A stretch of 64,000 nt of DNA, from NCBI RefSeq assembly GCF_009834535.1, contig NC_045696.1:57104001-57168000 (forward strand), read 5' to 3'. The notes below the pieces were generated by a model. The model was not told the origin of the DNA, did no database searches, and was given only the letters and a program-made list of their open reading frames with translations. Made by a program: the position numbers and the translations under genes. This document shows, piece after piece, positions 26,160 to 40,081 of this stretch. This stretch comes from Camelus ferus. Its lineage: Eukaryota. Positions within the stretch are counted from its first letter, which is position 1, and the number at the start of each line of letters is the position of its first letter.

Positions 26160-28129
26160 GTACGGTAGGCAAAAGCCAACAATTTTAAGTTTTGTTGCAT
26201 TCATTTGGCTGAACATTTTAACCAACCAGTCCATGAATAACAAGTTTTGTAGATGGCAGTGTTTAATGGCTTTCCAAAAAAAGCTTTCTTAAAAATCACC
26301 ATACAGTTCTGTTGGCAGCATTCAACATTTTGTTTGTTAACAATCATTTTACAAAATTATGTTTTATAAATCATTACACGCCAAAGTATTTTTGTTTGTT
26401 TATTTAATTGTGAAAATGTTTTTAAACATTGACTAGTCACGTACATGGATCCTTTGTGACTGTACTCATGTAAATGAGCATCGTTTTTTCTGGAATTATT
26501 TTTCCTATTTTGTATATTAGTATCATTTAGAATTAATGCTGTTTAACAACAACAACAACAAAATCCAATACCAAAAAGAATAGAATTCTTGCCATTTAGG
26601 AAATTTATAGGAAATATGATTCACTTTAGTTTATTTTTTGTGGTGGTCACAGACTTATTCATGATTCTAACTCTGAAATAAGTAAGGTCTTATTAAATAG
26701 GCTTTCATAAATTTTTCTTTAAGAACTTTCTGCTTGTTTCAAAACTGTTTTCCTTTTTTGAAATTTAATTTAATTACCTTTATTTTCCTCTCCTTTATTC
26801 TGACTTAAAGTTGTAGCATTAAATCCTATTAATGTCATGGTTAAAATAAGAAAAATACAATAATTAGTCCTGCATTATGCTTTAGGGTATACAAAGCTGT
26901 TTCACATACATTATTTGATTTGATTTTCTTAGCAACCCCAAGATGGTTATCACTATCCCCAGTCTTCTATTTCAGAGCAGAAACAGAGGTTATATTGTTA
27001 ATAAATTGTATAATTAGGATTTGAACCTACATCACAGAACATAATACCCCAAGTTTATGGAGCATATTCACATACCTCATTTCACTGTATCTAAATTAAC
27101 TTTTAGTCAATAAATTATTACATTTAAAATCTGATTACATATAATCTTTGATGAATTTGATTAAATTGGATAATTATGTTACAGTATTTTTAAAATGCAA
27201 AGTACTAATATATTCACTACTTGTTATGAAGTTAATTAGTATTTTACTAGTGTAACTGATGTCAAAGGAAAAATCAACATTCTAGTTTCATTTATTGACC
27301 TACTACCTATCAGACGCTATACTGTAAGATTTGAACACATTATCTGAGATAAGATAGGTAATATTGTTCCCACTTTACAAATAATTAAATTAAGGCTAGA
27401 AAAATTCAAATGTATCTAAGGTCATACAACTAATAGCAAAACTGAATTTAAATCAACAATGTCATTGCAAAGCTTGTAATTTTACAACTGCCTTTCATCT
27501 TGTATAGCATGTACCGTGACAGATGTTGAATGAAGACTATTTAAAGAACACTTTTCTCTAGAGAAATACACATTTTGATATTCATTCAGATAATATTCAC
27601 ACATCATAATTTCCTATCATAAAGGAAAAATAAAAAAGATTCCCAACCCACTGCTATATTAGAAGTAGCAAAGAAAGCTCTTAGTTTTCATTTTAATCTG
27701 GAGGTCAGTTAGGCATGGTTGTTATTAATAAACATTAATAAACAGTTTCTACAAATGTCAGTCTTTCAAAGTCTCCAATTATCTCCTTCCCAGTTGCTTC
27801 ATTCTCACTATTTTATGCATACTTTAAGCAAAGATGAATTATGAAAACTCACATATAAAAGATAAAATAATTAAGTGCTTATCACTTTACAAAAGGATTT
27901 TTTTGAAATTGAAAGGATTCACAATAAAATTTCATTCCCTATTTCTAAGTATGTTGTCAATGTAATTTCATTTTTAAAACTTATTTCCCACAAATTACAG
28001 GAAAAAAATTACAAGGATTCTGAAAGAGGATAAATGTCTTTATGTATGTAAATTCTTCCAACATGAAACTTTGGTGTAAAATATACCCTGAATTGCTTAT
28101 AACATGGCTTTGGGAAGATTATTTTCCAG

Positions 28130-28720
28130 TAATGTATAATCTATTAGTGGAGAAAGATATGTAAAAAGCTATTGCAGTATGTCAAATGAAGGCTAGAAGT
28201 AGGATAACAACAATGAAAATGAAAAGGAGAGAAGCTACCATGAGAGACTCTACAACTGATGGGACTGAGAACAGTGGAGGAGCAGAGCTGATAAGGCATT
28301 GGAAATAGGGGGAGTCAAGGGTGACTACAGAGTGTATAGAGTAACTCTCATGGAGAATACCTGGTTTAAGAGGAAAGGAAAGTGAGTTTGAGTTGCTCAG
28401 CGATGTCCATGTTAACCATTCAGTGAGCAATTAGAAATGTAGGACTGTTTACTGTTACACAGAGAACAATATTATCTTATAATAAACTATAATGGAAAAT
28501 AATCTGAAATATGTATATATATAACTGAATCACTTTGCTGTATACCTAAAACTAACACAATATTGTAAATCAACTATACTTCAAGTTTAAAAATAAAGAA
28601 AAAAATGCTGAGCTAGAGTATAAGGGGGATCTCAGGTTCAAAGTGGCAGATATCAGTCATCTGTATAAAGGTATTAGTGACTTGTGTATGTGAGCTGTTT
28701 ACTAAAGACAAAGGAAAAAT
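28130..28720 (-). mobile_element. L2 fragment interrupted by a short + strand cetartiodactyl-type L1 tail (about 28455-28605)
   Basis: L2 motifs (aagctattgcagta, gagtttgagttg). Inner tail ataactgaatcactttgctgtatacctaaaactaacacaatattgtaaatcaactatacttca followed by an A-rich end. Confidence 0.7.
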
Positions 28721-29679
28721 GACAATGTGTTGGAGAGCTTTCGATACTAATGTAACTTCTTTGTTACAACAATCCTCAAATGGAGTGGCAATATAACGGT
28801 AATAGTAAAATAATGACAGTAACAGTAAAAACCTCATACATTGGACATTTATACTATTAGAACCTTTACGTAGTTAGTATTTTATGAAGTAATTGCCAGA
28901 ATTGTGGGAAATTGCTTTATACCTAACATTTTAACACTTGGTGAAAAACTATCTTGTTTCTTAATTGGAACAAAAAGTACAATTTCTCTTTCCTAATAAT
29001 TTTGAATTAGTAACCTAAAAAATGAATTAATTTTTAAAATTTCAAACCATGAATGCCCGTAACATTATAAATATAGTGTTATATATGCATCATAGAATAC
29101 TGTAAATGAAACACAGGCCCCCATGAATCTTTAAATATCTGCTATAGGATGGTTTCCAACCAATGAAAACATGCACGGAGAGGCCATGGTCAAAGGACAG
29201 GGAGTGATCAGTTTATTAAATTGTAGAAGTAAAGTTAAACAACAGTGGCAAATATGATTACAGAATAAAATGTAAACTTAAAATCCATAACATAGAAATA
29301 TTGTAATTTTTAATTTTAGGGAAGGTAAAGAGGAGGTTAAAGTTGCTAACAAAAGAGTAAATAATTCTGTATCTAAGTGTGGTGATTAATTGGTGAATTG
29401 AGAACAAGAATAAACATAGAAAGAGGAATTATACTAATTTCCCCTATCATAAGGGGAAGTCAACTGATGCCATGCATATATAGCAATTCAAGAAGAATTA
29501 AGAATATATCTTCAAAGTAACCACTAAAAAAAATTAATACCCCAAAACTTCAAAAATCAGGCAAAGGACAATACATATTAAAAAAAAATATACAGACCAT
29601 ATTAGTGATAGGAACTATAGAAAACAGAGAAGGAAGTGGAAGAGGAGGAAGAAATAACCTTCATAAAAGATGCAGAATG

Positions 29680-31212
29680 GAACAAACCCTGTTCATGTTG
29701 ATTGACTAGTCTTCAAATTCTCCGCTCTGAGCCTGTCAGGACTGTCCTGACCCCTGTTTCCTAACCTTTAAAGACACCAAAAATATTTTTCTGCAACAGT
29801 TTTTACGAGAGCCAATCATCTGTCATGCCTAAAACAGGGATCATACTCAGGTTGCCTTTAGCAGCAATAACTGCAAAGTTCACATCTATAAGAGGAATGG
29901 GGGCCAATGGGTGAAACCACATGAACTCCAGGAGCACAGTAGAGGCATCACAGGTATTGATAGGGCTCTCAAGCATGACCACATTGTCCTTTGCAGGAGT
30001 CAGAAGGATGGTGTCTGGAAGCTATCCCTGGTGACTTTGAAAATTAATCATGCAGCCACTTTTGTGAAGTGGTCCTCTCTGAAGAACAAATTTGCTGTGG
30101 ACACTGAAGAATAATTTGTTACTTGAGTATAAAAATGTCAAGTGGGTAAGCAAGCACACTAAAAAGCCAATTCATTCAATTGTCCTTAGTTTGGATTGGG
30201 ATCTCAACAGTGTTTTGCTGACAGCAGGATCATGTGACTTAAAAAGCAGAGTGCTTCTGCATACAATAAAAAAGTTGATGAAAAGCCAACCAGTATGCCA
30301 TAGGGCATCAAGATGCATTTTGGTTAACTGATGTCAGAGTCTGGTGGCACTGGAGGCTGAGTCCCAGGTTCAACTTCCCTGCCAGTGGGAGCTGTCTGCC
30401 CTGGGTCAGCCATTACAGCACATGTCTACTGCTTATGTCTCAAATATTGTTCAAGTTTCAATCTGAAACCAGAGTTCCTGCCACTCCTGAGTGTATTATT
30501 TGTCTCAGAGAACAGTTTTGTAGCTGCTGGCTGTGAATGTACCCAGTGCTCTTTAACTAAGATGACCTTTATAGCTTGACTTTATTCTCCAAATTAGAAA
30601 TTCCAAAACATAGCATCCAGCACAACATGTTAGCCATAGAACACTTCCACAACATGGACAACAGAGTCACAATCAAGGACTGCATTACAGCTTCAGAGAT
30701 GCTGCACCAGAGTAGTATCACTCAGGTACCTAATTATGAGGTGGACAAGCAAAATTATCAGAATTTTGCCCTATAGGAATCAATAGAGTCTTGCAATTTG
30801 GAATTCCAAGACCTTATAGTCTCATCCAGGGCCTTCAACTAATATGAAACTGAGTGAACCTCTGTGATCTAGCATGACAAACTACAACTGATTGTAGCTC
30901 TGTTACTTGCAAGATGGTGAGGAAAGCCAACCACAAGGAAACACTAAAAACACATATCATGCCAATATCATTTGTGTGTTCTGTTTGAATATAATTGGTG
31001 AAAATGTTGGATTTTTAAACAGCAGTCTTTAAAAATTTTTATCTATGTATTTATATGTTTGTTTTTTTTTGCCTATTTCACTCCATTCTAGACCAAGGCT
31101 TCTTTTTAAGCAGTTCATTACAGGAAATTGGCACATTAACTTAAGAAGGGGAGAGGGGTAGTAAGTAAATTGTCTCCCAGAAAATTAAGTAAAAATACTA
31201 AATGTGGTTTTT
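29680..31212 (+). pseudogene. ARPC1A: ARPC1A (Arp2/3 complex subunit 1A) processed pseudogene, near full length and heavily decayed
   Basis: Intronless match to recalled ARPC1A across ORF fragments: [83 protein letters not shown]. The start codon equivalent is ATT at 29785, there is a TAA at 29830, and there are several frameshifts and deletions. CDS ends near 30847, followed by 3'UTR-like sequence. Confidence 0.93.
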
Positions 31213-31289
31213 TAAAATTACAGAACTATGATGAAATGTCTCACATGTCAATAGACATAAAAAGTGAATTACTTTACTTACAAGAAAAA

Positions 31290-33410
31290 GGCTTCCAGCA
31301 TATATCACAAAAACCTCCTGACAAATCAACGTCCAGGATAAGATGGCTTCACTGGTGAACTCTACCAAATATTTAACTCTTCCAAAAAATAGAATAAGAA
31401 GGAACATTTCCTAACTCATTCTGTAACACCAGCATTACCCTGATTTCAAAGCTAGACAAAGACCACAAGAAAATAAAATGAGAGACAAACATTCCTTATG
31501 AATATACATGCAAATAGTCTCAACAAAGTATTAGCAAACAGAATCCAATAGCATATTGAAAGGATTATATACCATGATCAAGTGGGATTTATCTCAGAAA
31601 TACAAGGGTGGTCCAACAGAAGAAAGTTAAAAATGTAAAAACCACACTAACAGATTGAAGGGAAAAAAATCCCACACATGATCATCTCAATTGGTGCAGA
31701 AAAAAACACTTGAAGAAATTGAATACTCTTTTATGATAAAATTTTTTTTTTAAAAAAACTAGAAATAGCAGAGAACTTCCTCAAACTGATAAAGCACATT
31801 TATTTAAAAACAAAAAACAAAAAATCCCCATAGCCATCCTACTCAAGGAAGAAAGACTGAAAACTTGCCTCGTTAAGATCTAGAACAAGACAAGGATGCC
31901 TGTTTTTACTACTTCTATTTTGTCCTGGAAGTTCTAGCCAGAAATACTAGGCAAGAAAATAGAAATAAAAAGCATCTAAATTGGAAAAGAAGTAAAACTA
32001 TCCCTATTAACAGATGGCACAGTCCTCTAGACAGAAAATCCCAAAGAATCCACAGAAGAACAACTAGAACTAATAAATGAATTTAGTAAAGTTGCAGGGT
32101 AGAAAATAGACACACAGAAATCAGTTGTGTTTATATATTTGATAAGCATCTACTATCCAGAATATACAGAGAACTCCTGGAGTTCCAAACCAACTCAATT
32201 TAAAAATGGGAAGTTATATTGCCATTTCTCAAAAGAAGATACACAAATAGCCAATAAGCACATGAAAAGATCTTCAAAATCACTAATCATTAGGAAAATG
32301 CAGATCAAAACCATAGTGTGATATGACATCACACCCAATAGGTGATGACTTCCATCAAAAAAAAAAAAAGAAAGAAAATGTGTTGGCAAGGATGAGGAGA
32401 AATTAGAACTCTTGTGCATTGTTGGTGGGAATGTGAAATGGCACAGCTGCTATGGTAGCTCCTCAGAAAAATAAAAATGGAAATTATCATATGACCAGCA
32501 AATCCACTTCTTGATATATACACAAAAGAATTAAAAATAGAGTCCTAAAGAGATCATTTGTAAACACACCTTTATAGCAACATTATTGACAATAGCTAAA
32601 ATGTAGAAGCAACCCAATCTACAGGCCATCAGTAAATCAGTGGATAAGTAAAACGTGTGTGCAATATACAATGCAATGTGTTCAGCCTTAAAAAGGAAAG
32701 AAATTTTGACATATGCTACAACATGGATGAACCTTGAGGATATTATGCTAAGTAAAATAAGCCAGTCACAAAAAGACACAAGTGGTATGATTCCAATTAT
32801 ATGAGGTACCCAGAGTAGTCGAATTTTTAGGGAAGGAAAGTAGAATGGTGGTTGCCAGGCACTGGGGGAGGGGGATATGAGGAATTATTGTTTAATGGGT
32901 AATGTGTATCATTTTTACAAGGTGAAAAGGGTTCTGGAGATAGCTGGTGGTGATGGTTGCACAATACAAATGGCCTTGATACCACTGAGCTGTATGCTTA
33001 AATTACCATTTTAACCAATTTTGTATATATTTTACTACAATTCTGAAATGTTTTATTTTAAAAACAGAGTACTGACACATGCTATAAAATTGATGAACCT
33101 CAAAAACATTACATGAAGTGAAAGAAGCCAGGCATAAAAGGCCACATATTGTATGATATTCCACTTATATGAAATATCCAGAATAAGTAAATCCCTAGAA
33201 ACAGAAGATTAATGGTCACCAGTGGCTAGGGAAGAGTAGAATGGGCAGTGACTACTAAATGGGTCAGTGTTATTTTTTTGTGGTGATGAAGATGCTTTGG
33301 AGCTATATAGTGGTAATTGTTGCACAACATTGTGAATGTACTAAATGCCACTAGATGGTACATTTTTGAGTGGTTATATATACATTTCACCACAATAAAA
33401 ACTGTAAGAA
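31290..33410 (+). mobile_element. L1 ORF2 reverse-transcriptase fragment joined to L1MB-like 3' ends
   Basis: gatggcttcactggtgaa, catgatcaagtgggatttatc, atcatctcaattggtgcagaaaaa, then 3'UTR atggatgaaccttgaggatattatgctaagt. Confidence 0.85.
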
Positions 33411-33708
33411 AAATATTTTTTTACACTGGTGAAATATGAAGTAAGTATAGAATTCAGTTAATAATAATGCACTAGGAAAGGAGAATATAAAAAATTTATG
33501 TATTATCTTTGCTACTTTCCTCTCAATCTCTAATTATTCCAAATGAAACATTTATGTTAAAAGATGGGCAAACTACTTGAAAAGAGTCTTTACCAAAGAG
33601 AATATACAAATGGTAAATAAGCACATGAAAACATACTGTTCATTAGCCACTAGAGGAATGTAAATTTGAACACTAAATACCCATTAGACTACTAAAATTA
33701 AAAATACT

Positions 33709-34811
33709 GGGTTTTGTGCAGCAAAGAAAATCATAAACAATATGAAAAGACAACCTACAGAATGGGAGAAAATACTTGCAAACGATGTGACAGATAAGGG
33801 CTTAATTTCCAGAATATACAAACAGCTCATACAACTCAACAACAAAATAAACAAGCCAATCACAAAATGGGCAGAAGACCTAAACAAACATTTCTCCAGT
33901 GAAGACATACAGATGGCCAATAAGCACATGAAAAAAATGCTCAATATCAGTAATTATCAGAGAAATGCAAATCCAAACTACAGTGAGGTTATCACCTCAC
34001 ACCAGTCAAATGGCCATCATTAATAATTCCAGAAATGATAAATGCCAGAGAGGGTGTAGAGAAAAGGAAACCCTTCTACACTATTGGTGGGAATGTAGTT
34101 TGGTGCAGCCATTATGGAAGACAGTATGGAGATTACTTAACAGTCTAAAAATAGAGTTACCAATAGATCCAGCAATCCCACTCCTGGGCATATATCCAGA
34201 GGATACTCCAATTCAAAACTATACATGCACCCCAATGTTGATAGCAATATGATTTACAATAGCCAAGACATGGAAGCCACCTAAATACCCACCAACAGAT
34301 GACTGGATAAAGAAGTTGTGGTGTATATATGTAAATATACACAATGGAATATTACTCAGCCATAAAAAATAAAATGATACCATTCGCAGCAACATGGATA
34401 CACCTGGAGATTGTCATACTAAGTGAAGTACTCCAGAAAGAAAAAGAAAAATACCGTATGTTCTCACTTATATGTGAAATCTTGAGAAAAAAATGAGACA
34501 TGAACTTATTTGCAAAACAGAAACAGGGTCACAGACATAGATAACAAACTTGTGGTTACCAGGGTGGGAGTAGGGGTGGAGGGTTAAATTGGGAGTTCAG
34601 GATTTACAGACACTAACTACTGTATTCAAAATAGATAAACAGCAAGATTCTACTGTATAGCGCAGGGAACCATATTCAATACCTTGTGATAGCCTATAAT
34701 GAAAAGAATATAAAAAGATATAATATATATATGTTTAACTGAATCCCTGTGCTGTATACCAGAAATTAACACATTGTAAACTGACTAAATTTAAATTTAA
34801 AAATAAATAAA
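33709..34811 (+). mobile_element. Younger lineage-specific L1 3' end (about 1.1 kb), inserted in an older L1 3' end that extends to about 35610
   Basis: ORF2 C-terminal peptides ([48 protein letters not shown]), 3'UTR and (AAAT)n tail. TSD taaaaatact at 33699-33708 and 34812-34821. Confidence 0.9.
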
Positions 34812-35624
34812 TAAAAATACTAGCAAAACTAGGTGATGATAAAGATAACACAGATCAACTGGAACTCTCATACTCTACTGGTAGAAAAGCAAAATGGTAA
34901 AACCATTGTAGAAAACAGATCAGCATTTTCTTGGAAAGTTAAAATACAATTACCATATTATCTAACAACCCCACTCCTAGGTACCTAGAGAATGAAAACT
35001 GAACTTTACTCAAAAATCTGTATACAGAGCTCCTAGCAGCATTAATTATAAAAACCAAAAAAAAAAAAAAAAAATCCAGATGTCCTTCAGCAGGTGAATA
35101 GTTAAACAAAATGTGGCATATTATACCGTGAAATACTATTCAGCAGTAAAAAAGAACAAACTATTAAGATTCACAAATTGTATGGATCTCAAGAGAACTG
35201 TGCTAAGTGAAAAGAGCTGATCTTAAAAGGTTAAATACTATATGAATCAATTTATATAGCAAACTTGAAATAATAAAATAGAGCTGGAGAACTGATTAGC
35301 GTTCGCCAAAATTTAGCAATGGGTGAGGAAAGGAGTAATGTGACTATAATGGAGTAACACAGGAGACCCTATTGGTGATGGAACAGTTTTGAAGTTTGAT
35401 TATAGTGGTAGTTACCCAAATCTACACATGTGACAGAATTACATAGACCTATACATACATACACATAAATACACAAATGAATTCATCTAAAAGTGATAAA
35501 ATCTGAGTAAGTTCTGTGAATTGTACCAATGTCATCTTGTTCTGATTTTAACTATATAAAAAGATATTAGTGATGGGGAAATGGGTAAAGAGTACATGGG
35601 ACCTCCCTCTATACTTTAATGTAT

Positions 35625-35994
35625 ATTTTTTTTATTTTTATGCAGGTTTTAAAGGTTATACTCCATTTACAGTTATTATAAAATATTGGTTATATTCCTG
35701 TGTACAGTATATCCTTGTAGCCTACCCTACACCCAGCAGTTTGTACCTCCCAGTCCCCTACCCCCGTATTGCCCACCCTCCACTGGTAACCACTAATTTG
35801 TTCTTTGTGAGTCCACTTCCTTGTTATTATATTCACTAATTTGTTGTAATTTTTTAGATTCCACATATAAGTGGTATCATACAATATTTGTCTTTCTCTG
35901 TTTGACTTACTTCACTTAGCATAACGCCCTCCAAGACCATCCATATTGTTGCAGATGGCAAAATTTCGTTCTTTTTATGGCTGAGTAGTATTCC

Positions 35995-36032
<38 letters not shown>

Positions 36033-36340
36033 GATAGACATAGACATAGGTAGACATAGACAGACAGACATTTTTTATACACATCTTCCTTATCCATTCA
36101 TCTGTTGATGGACACTTAGGTTGCATCCACATCTTGGTAATTGTAAATAATGTTGCTATGAACTTTGGGGTACATGTATCTCTTTGAATTAGTGTTTTTG
36201 GTTTTTTGGATATATACCCAGGAGTGGAACTTCTGGGTCATATGGTGGTTCTATTCTTAGTTTGAGAAACCTTTATACTGTTTTCCACAGTGGCTACACC
36301 AATTTACATTCCTGCCAACAGTGTATGAGGGTTACCTTTT
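35625..36340 (-). mobile_element. L1 3' end, antisense, containing a (TG)n tract at about 35997-36027
   Basis: Reverse ORF MWMQPKCPSTDEWIRKM...ILPSATIWMVLEGVMLSEVSQ, typical of the L1 ORF2 C-terminus. Confidence 0.9.
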
Positions 36341-36344
36341 TATA

Positions 36345-38135
36345 TTTTAATATACTTTATGTTTTAAAGTAATTTTAAATATTGCATATTCCCCTTGCCT
36401 ACCCCCCACACACTCAGCCTCTCCCACTTATTAACATCCTCCATCAGAGTGGTGCATTTGTTATAACTAATGAACATGTATTAATACATCACCATTATCC
36501 CAAATGCATAGTTTACATTGGGACTCATACTTGATGTTTTAACGTGTATATAATGATGAATACATTCCATTATACAATACATTTTAATGTAATATAGAAT
36601 AGTTTCATTGTTCTAAAAATCTGTGTCAGCCTATTCATCACCTCTTTCCCCTTAATTCCTAGCAACCACAAATCTTTCTACTGTCTCCATAGTCTTGCCT
36701 TTTCAAGAATGTCATACATTTGGAATCACACAGTATGTAGTCTTTTCAGATTGAGTTCATTTAGTAATATGCATTTAGGTTTCCTCTATGTTTTTTTCAT
36801 AGCTTCATAGCTTATTCCTTTTTAGCACTGAGTAACATTCCATTGTCTGGACGTACCACAGTTTATCCATTCAGGTTTTTGTGTGGACATAAATTTGCAA
36901 CTTCTTTTGGTAAATTCCAAGGAGCATGATTCCTGAATCATATGGTAATTTAAGTATGTTTAGTTTTTTAAGAAACAAACTATATTCCTACAATCAATGA
37001 ATGAAAGTTTTTGTTGTTCCACGTCCAATTGCTAGCATTTAGTGTTGACAGTGTTTTGGATTTTCACCATTCTAATAGGTGTGTAGTGGCTTCTCATTCT
37101 TGTTTTAATTTGAGATTTTAAATATTTTCATATGCTTACTTGCCATCTGTCTTCTTTAGTTTGGTATCTGTTCAGATCGTTTGCCCATTTTTTACTCAGG
37201 TTTTGTGTATTTTGGTTAATAGTTCTTTATCAGATGTATCTTTTGCAACTATTTTCTTCTAGTCTGTGGCTTGTCTTCTCATTCTCTTGATAGTGTCTTT
37301 TACAAAGCAGTTTTTCATTTTAATGAATTCAAATTTACCAATTTTTTTCTTTTATGGATTGTGCCTTTGGTGTTGTATCTAAAAAGTCACCAAACCTACA
37401 GTTATTTACATTTTCTTCTGTATTTTCTTCTAGGAGCTTTATATAGTTTTGTGTTTAACATTTAGGACTATGATCCATTTTGAATTAATTTTTGTGAAGT
37501 GTGTTAAGTCTGTGTCTAGATTTGTTTTTTGTATATGTACATGTCCAGTTGTTGTAGTACCATTTTTTGAGAAGACTATCTTTTCTCCATTGTATTGGTT
37601 TTGCTTCTTTATCAAAGATCAGTTGACTGTATTTGTGTGGATCTATTTCTAGGCTCTCTATTCTGTTGCAATGATGTATTTATTTTTTTCCACCAATAAT
37701 ATTCTGTCTTCACCACTTTAGGTTTAAAGTCAGTCTTGAAGTCAGATGGCATCAGTCCTATGACTTTGTTCCCCTCCTTCAGTATCGTATTGGTTATTCT
37801 GGGCCTTTTGCCTCTCCATCTAAACTTCAGAATGTTTGTCAACATCCATGAAATAACTTGCTGAAATTTTTATTGGGATTGTGTTGAATCTGTAGATCAA
37901 GTTGGGAAGAAATGATGTCTTGACAATATTGAGTTCTCCTATCCATGAACATGGAATCTCTCTCCACTTGTTTTTCAGTTTCCTCTATCTGTAAGGATTT
38001 TGGGGGGGGGGGGTAGTTTTGTAGTTTTCCTCATGTAGATCTTGCACATACTTTTTTGGATCTATAAGTATGTTATTTTTGAGGGTACTAATGTAAATGT
38101 TATTGCTTTGAATTTCAAATTCTGTTGCTAGTATA
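36345..38135 (-). mobile_element. L1MC/MD-like element 3' end and ORF2 fragment, antisense
   Basis: ccatcagagtggtgcatttgttataactaatgaac 3'UTR motif, and tttttattgggattgtgttgaatctgtagatcaagttggg in ORF2. Confidence 0.85.
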
Positions 38136-38139
38136 TACA

Positions 38140-38741
38140 AAAGTTTTTGTCCTATATGAATGCTCACAAAAGGGAGACCTCAGCAGAGGAGAATTTTAAC
38201 ACTCAAATAGATAGTATGACCCATTCTATGGATAGCAGTCAGATTATTTCCCAGCTACCCCTGTCATTGCTAAACGGGCTCATGAACAAGTAGCCGTGGT
38301 GGCAGGGGTGCGGGTTATGCATGGGCTCAGCAACATGGACTTCCGTTCACCAAAGCCAACTTGGCTACAGCCACTGTTAAGTGCCCAGTATGACAAGAGC
38401 AAAAATCAATGCTGTTTCCAATATAGCACCATTTCTCAGGTGATCAGTTACTTGGTGGCAGGTTGATTGCACTGAACCACTTTCATCATGGAAGGAACAC
38501 TATGTTGTCCTTACTGGAATAGACACTCAGGATATGGATCTACATTTCCTGCATGGAATGCTTCTGCCAAATATATTATCTATCGACTTACAGAATGCTT
38601 TATCCATTATTATGATATCCCACACAGCACTGCTTTTCATCACAGAACTCATTTCACAGCAAATGAAGTATGGCAGTGGGCCAATGCTTATGGGGTTCAC
38701 TGGACTAACAACGTTCCTCACCATCCTAAAGCAACTGGCTG
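38140..38741 (+). mobile_element. ERVL internal pol fragment (RNase H end, integrase zinc finger and core), no LTRs
   Basis: Translates across frameshifts to NAHKRETSAEENFNTQID, YAWAQQHGLPFTKANLATATVKCPV and FPAWNASAK..LTECFIHYYDIPHSTA..THFTANEVWQWANAYGVHW...PHHPKATG, matching recalled ERVL Pol. Confidence 0.9.
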
Positions 38742-38759
38742 TAAATATATATATATATA

Positions 38760-39350
38760 TATATTTTATTAATGTTAGCACGGTATATCTTTCTCCATCT
38801 CTTTACTTTTCATCTATATATTCATTTGTATTTAAATTTCTTGTCACCTACATATTGGTCTTGTTTTTTGAATCACTTTGACAGTCTGTCTTTTAACTAA
38901 TGTATTTAGACAATTGACATTTAAAGTGATTATATAGTTGGATTAATGTCTACCATAGTTATTTTCTATTCATTGCCCTTGTTCTTTGTTCCTGTATTTT
39001 TCTTCCACTTATTTCTTCCTTTTGTGGTTTGAACTGGGCATCTTATATGATTCCTTTCCCCTTCCTTTCTTAATTATACTTCTCTTTTTTACTTTTTTTT
39101 TTTAGCAGATACCCTAGAGTTTGCAATATACATTTACTACTGATACAAGTCCACTTTTAAGTAACACTATACTGTTTCATGGATAGTGCAAGTATCTTAT
39201 ATTAACAAAGCATTCCTAATATCTCCTCCTCATTCCTTATATTACTACTTCCATTCATTACACTTATCCACAAGCTATACTACTATCCTGTATAATTTTT
39301 GGCAACTTGGTGTGGTTATATATTTATTTCAGAATAAAAAGCAAAAGACT
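38760..39350 (-). mobile_element. L1 inter-ORF/ORF2-start fragment, antisense
   Basis: tatttagacaattgacatttaaagtgatta and neighbouring motifs. Confidence 0.7.
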
Positions 39351-39592
39351 TTACTGTTTCTAAAAAAAAATGTTATTGTGCCATGGAATACAAAACTCAG
39401 TATCTAAATAATAGAAAACAAATAGCAGCTAATAACAAAAAATTTACAATGTCTGGCATCCAGGCAATGATACTATGTCAATAGGAAAATACAATTCCTG
39501 ATAAAGAGAAAATACCAATATAAACTGACCTAGAAATGACACATAGAATAAAATCAGTGGACAAGAACATTAAGTCAGCTATTGTAAATATA

Positions 39593-40081
39593 CGGATAGT
39601 CCTTGACTTAGTGATTCAACTTACAATTTTTCAACTCTATGATGGTGCAAAAGCAATGCACATTCAGTAGAAACCATACTTCAAATTTTGAATCTTGATC
39701 TTTTCCCAAGCTAGCAATGTGTAGTACAATCATCTCTCAAGATGCTAGGTAGCAGCATTGGGCCACAGCTCCCAGTCAACCACATGATCATGAGGGTTAA
39801 CAACTGATACACTTCAAATCATTCTGTACCCATACAAACATTCTATTTTCCACCATAAGTACAGTATTCAATAAATAAATTTATAAATTGTTATAAAAGG
39901 CTTTGTGTAAAATAATTTTGCTCAACTGTAGGCTAGTAAGTGTTCTGAACATCTTAAATGTAGGCTAGGCTAAGCTATGATGTTTGACAGGCTAGGTGTA
40001 TTAAATTCATTTTTGACTTAGGATATTTTCAATTTACAATGGGTTTATCAGGATGTAATCTCATAACTCGAAGAAGATTTG
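39593..40081 (-). mobile_element. MER47/Tigger5-type Tc1-mariner non-autonomous element, TA-flanked, inserted in L1 ORF1
   Basis: taggctaggctaagctatgatgtt...aggtgtattaaattcatttttgactta and cattcagtagaaacc motifs. TA dinucleotides at 39591-39592 and 40082-40083. Confidence 0.85.
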
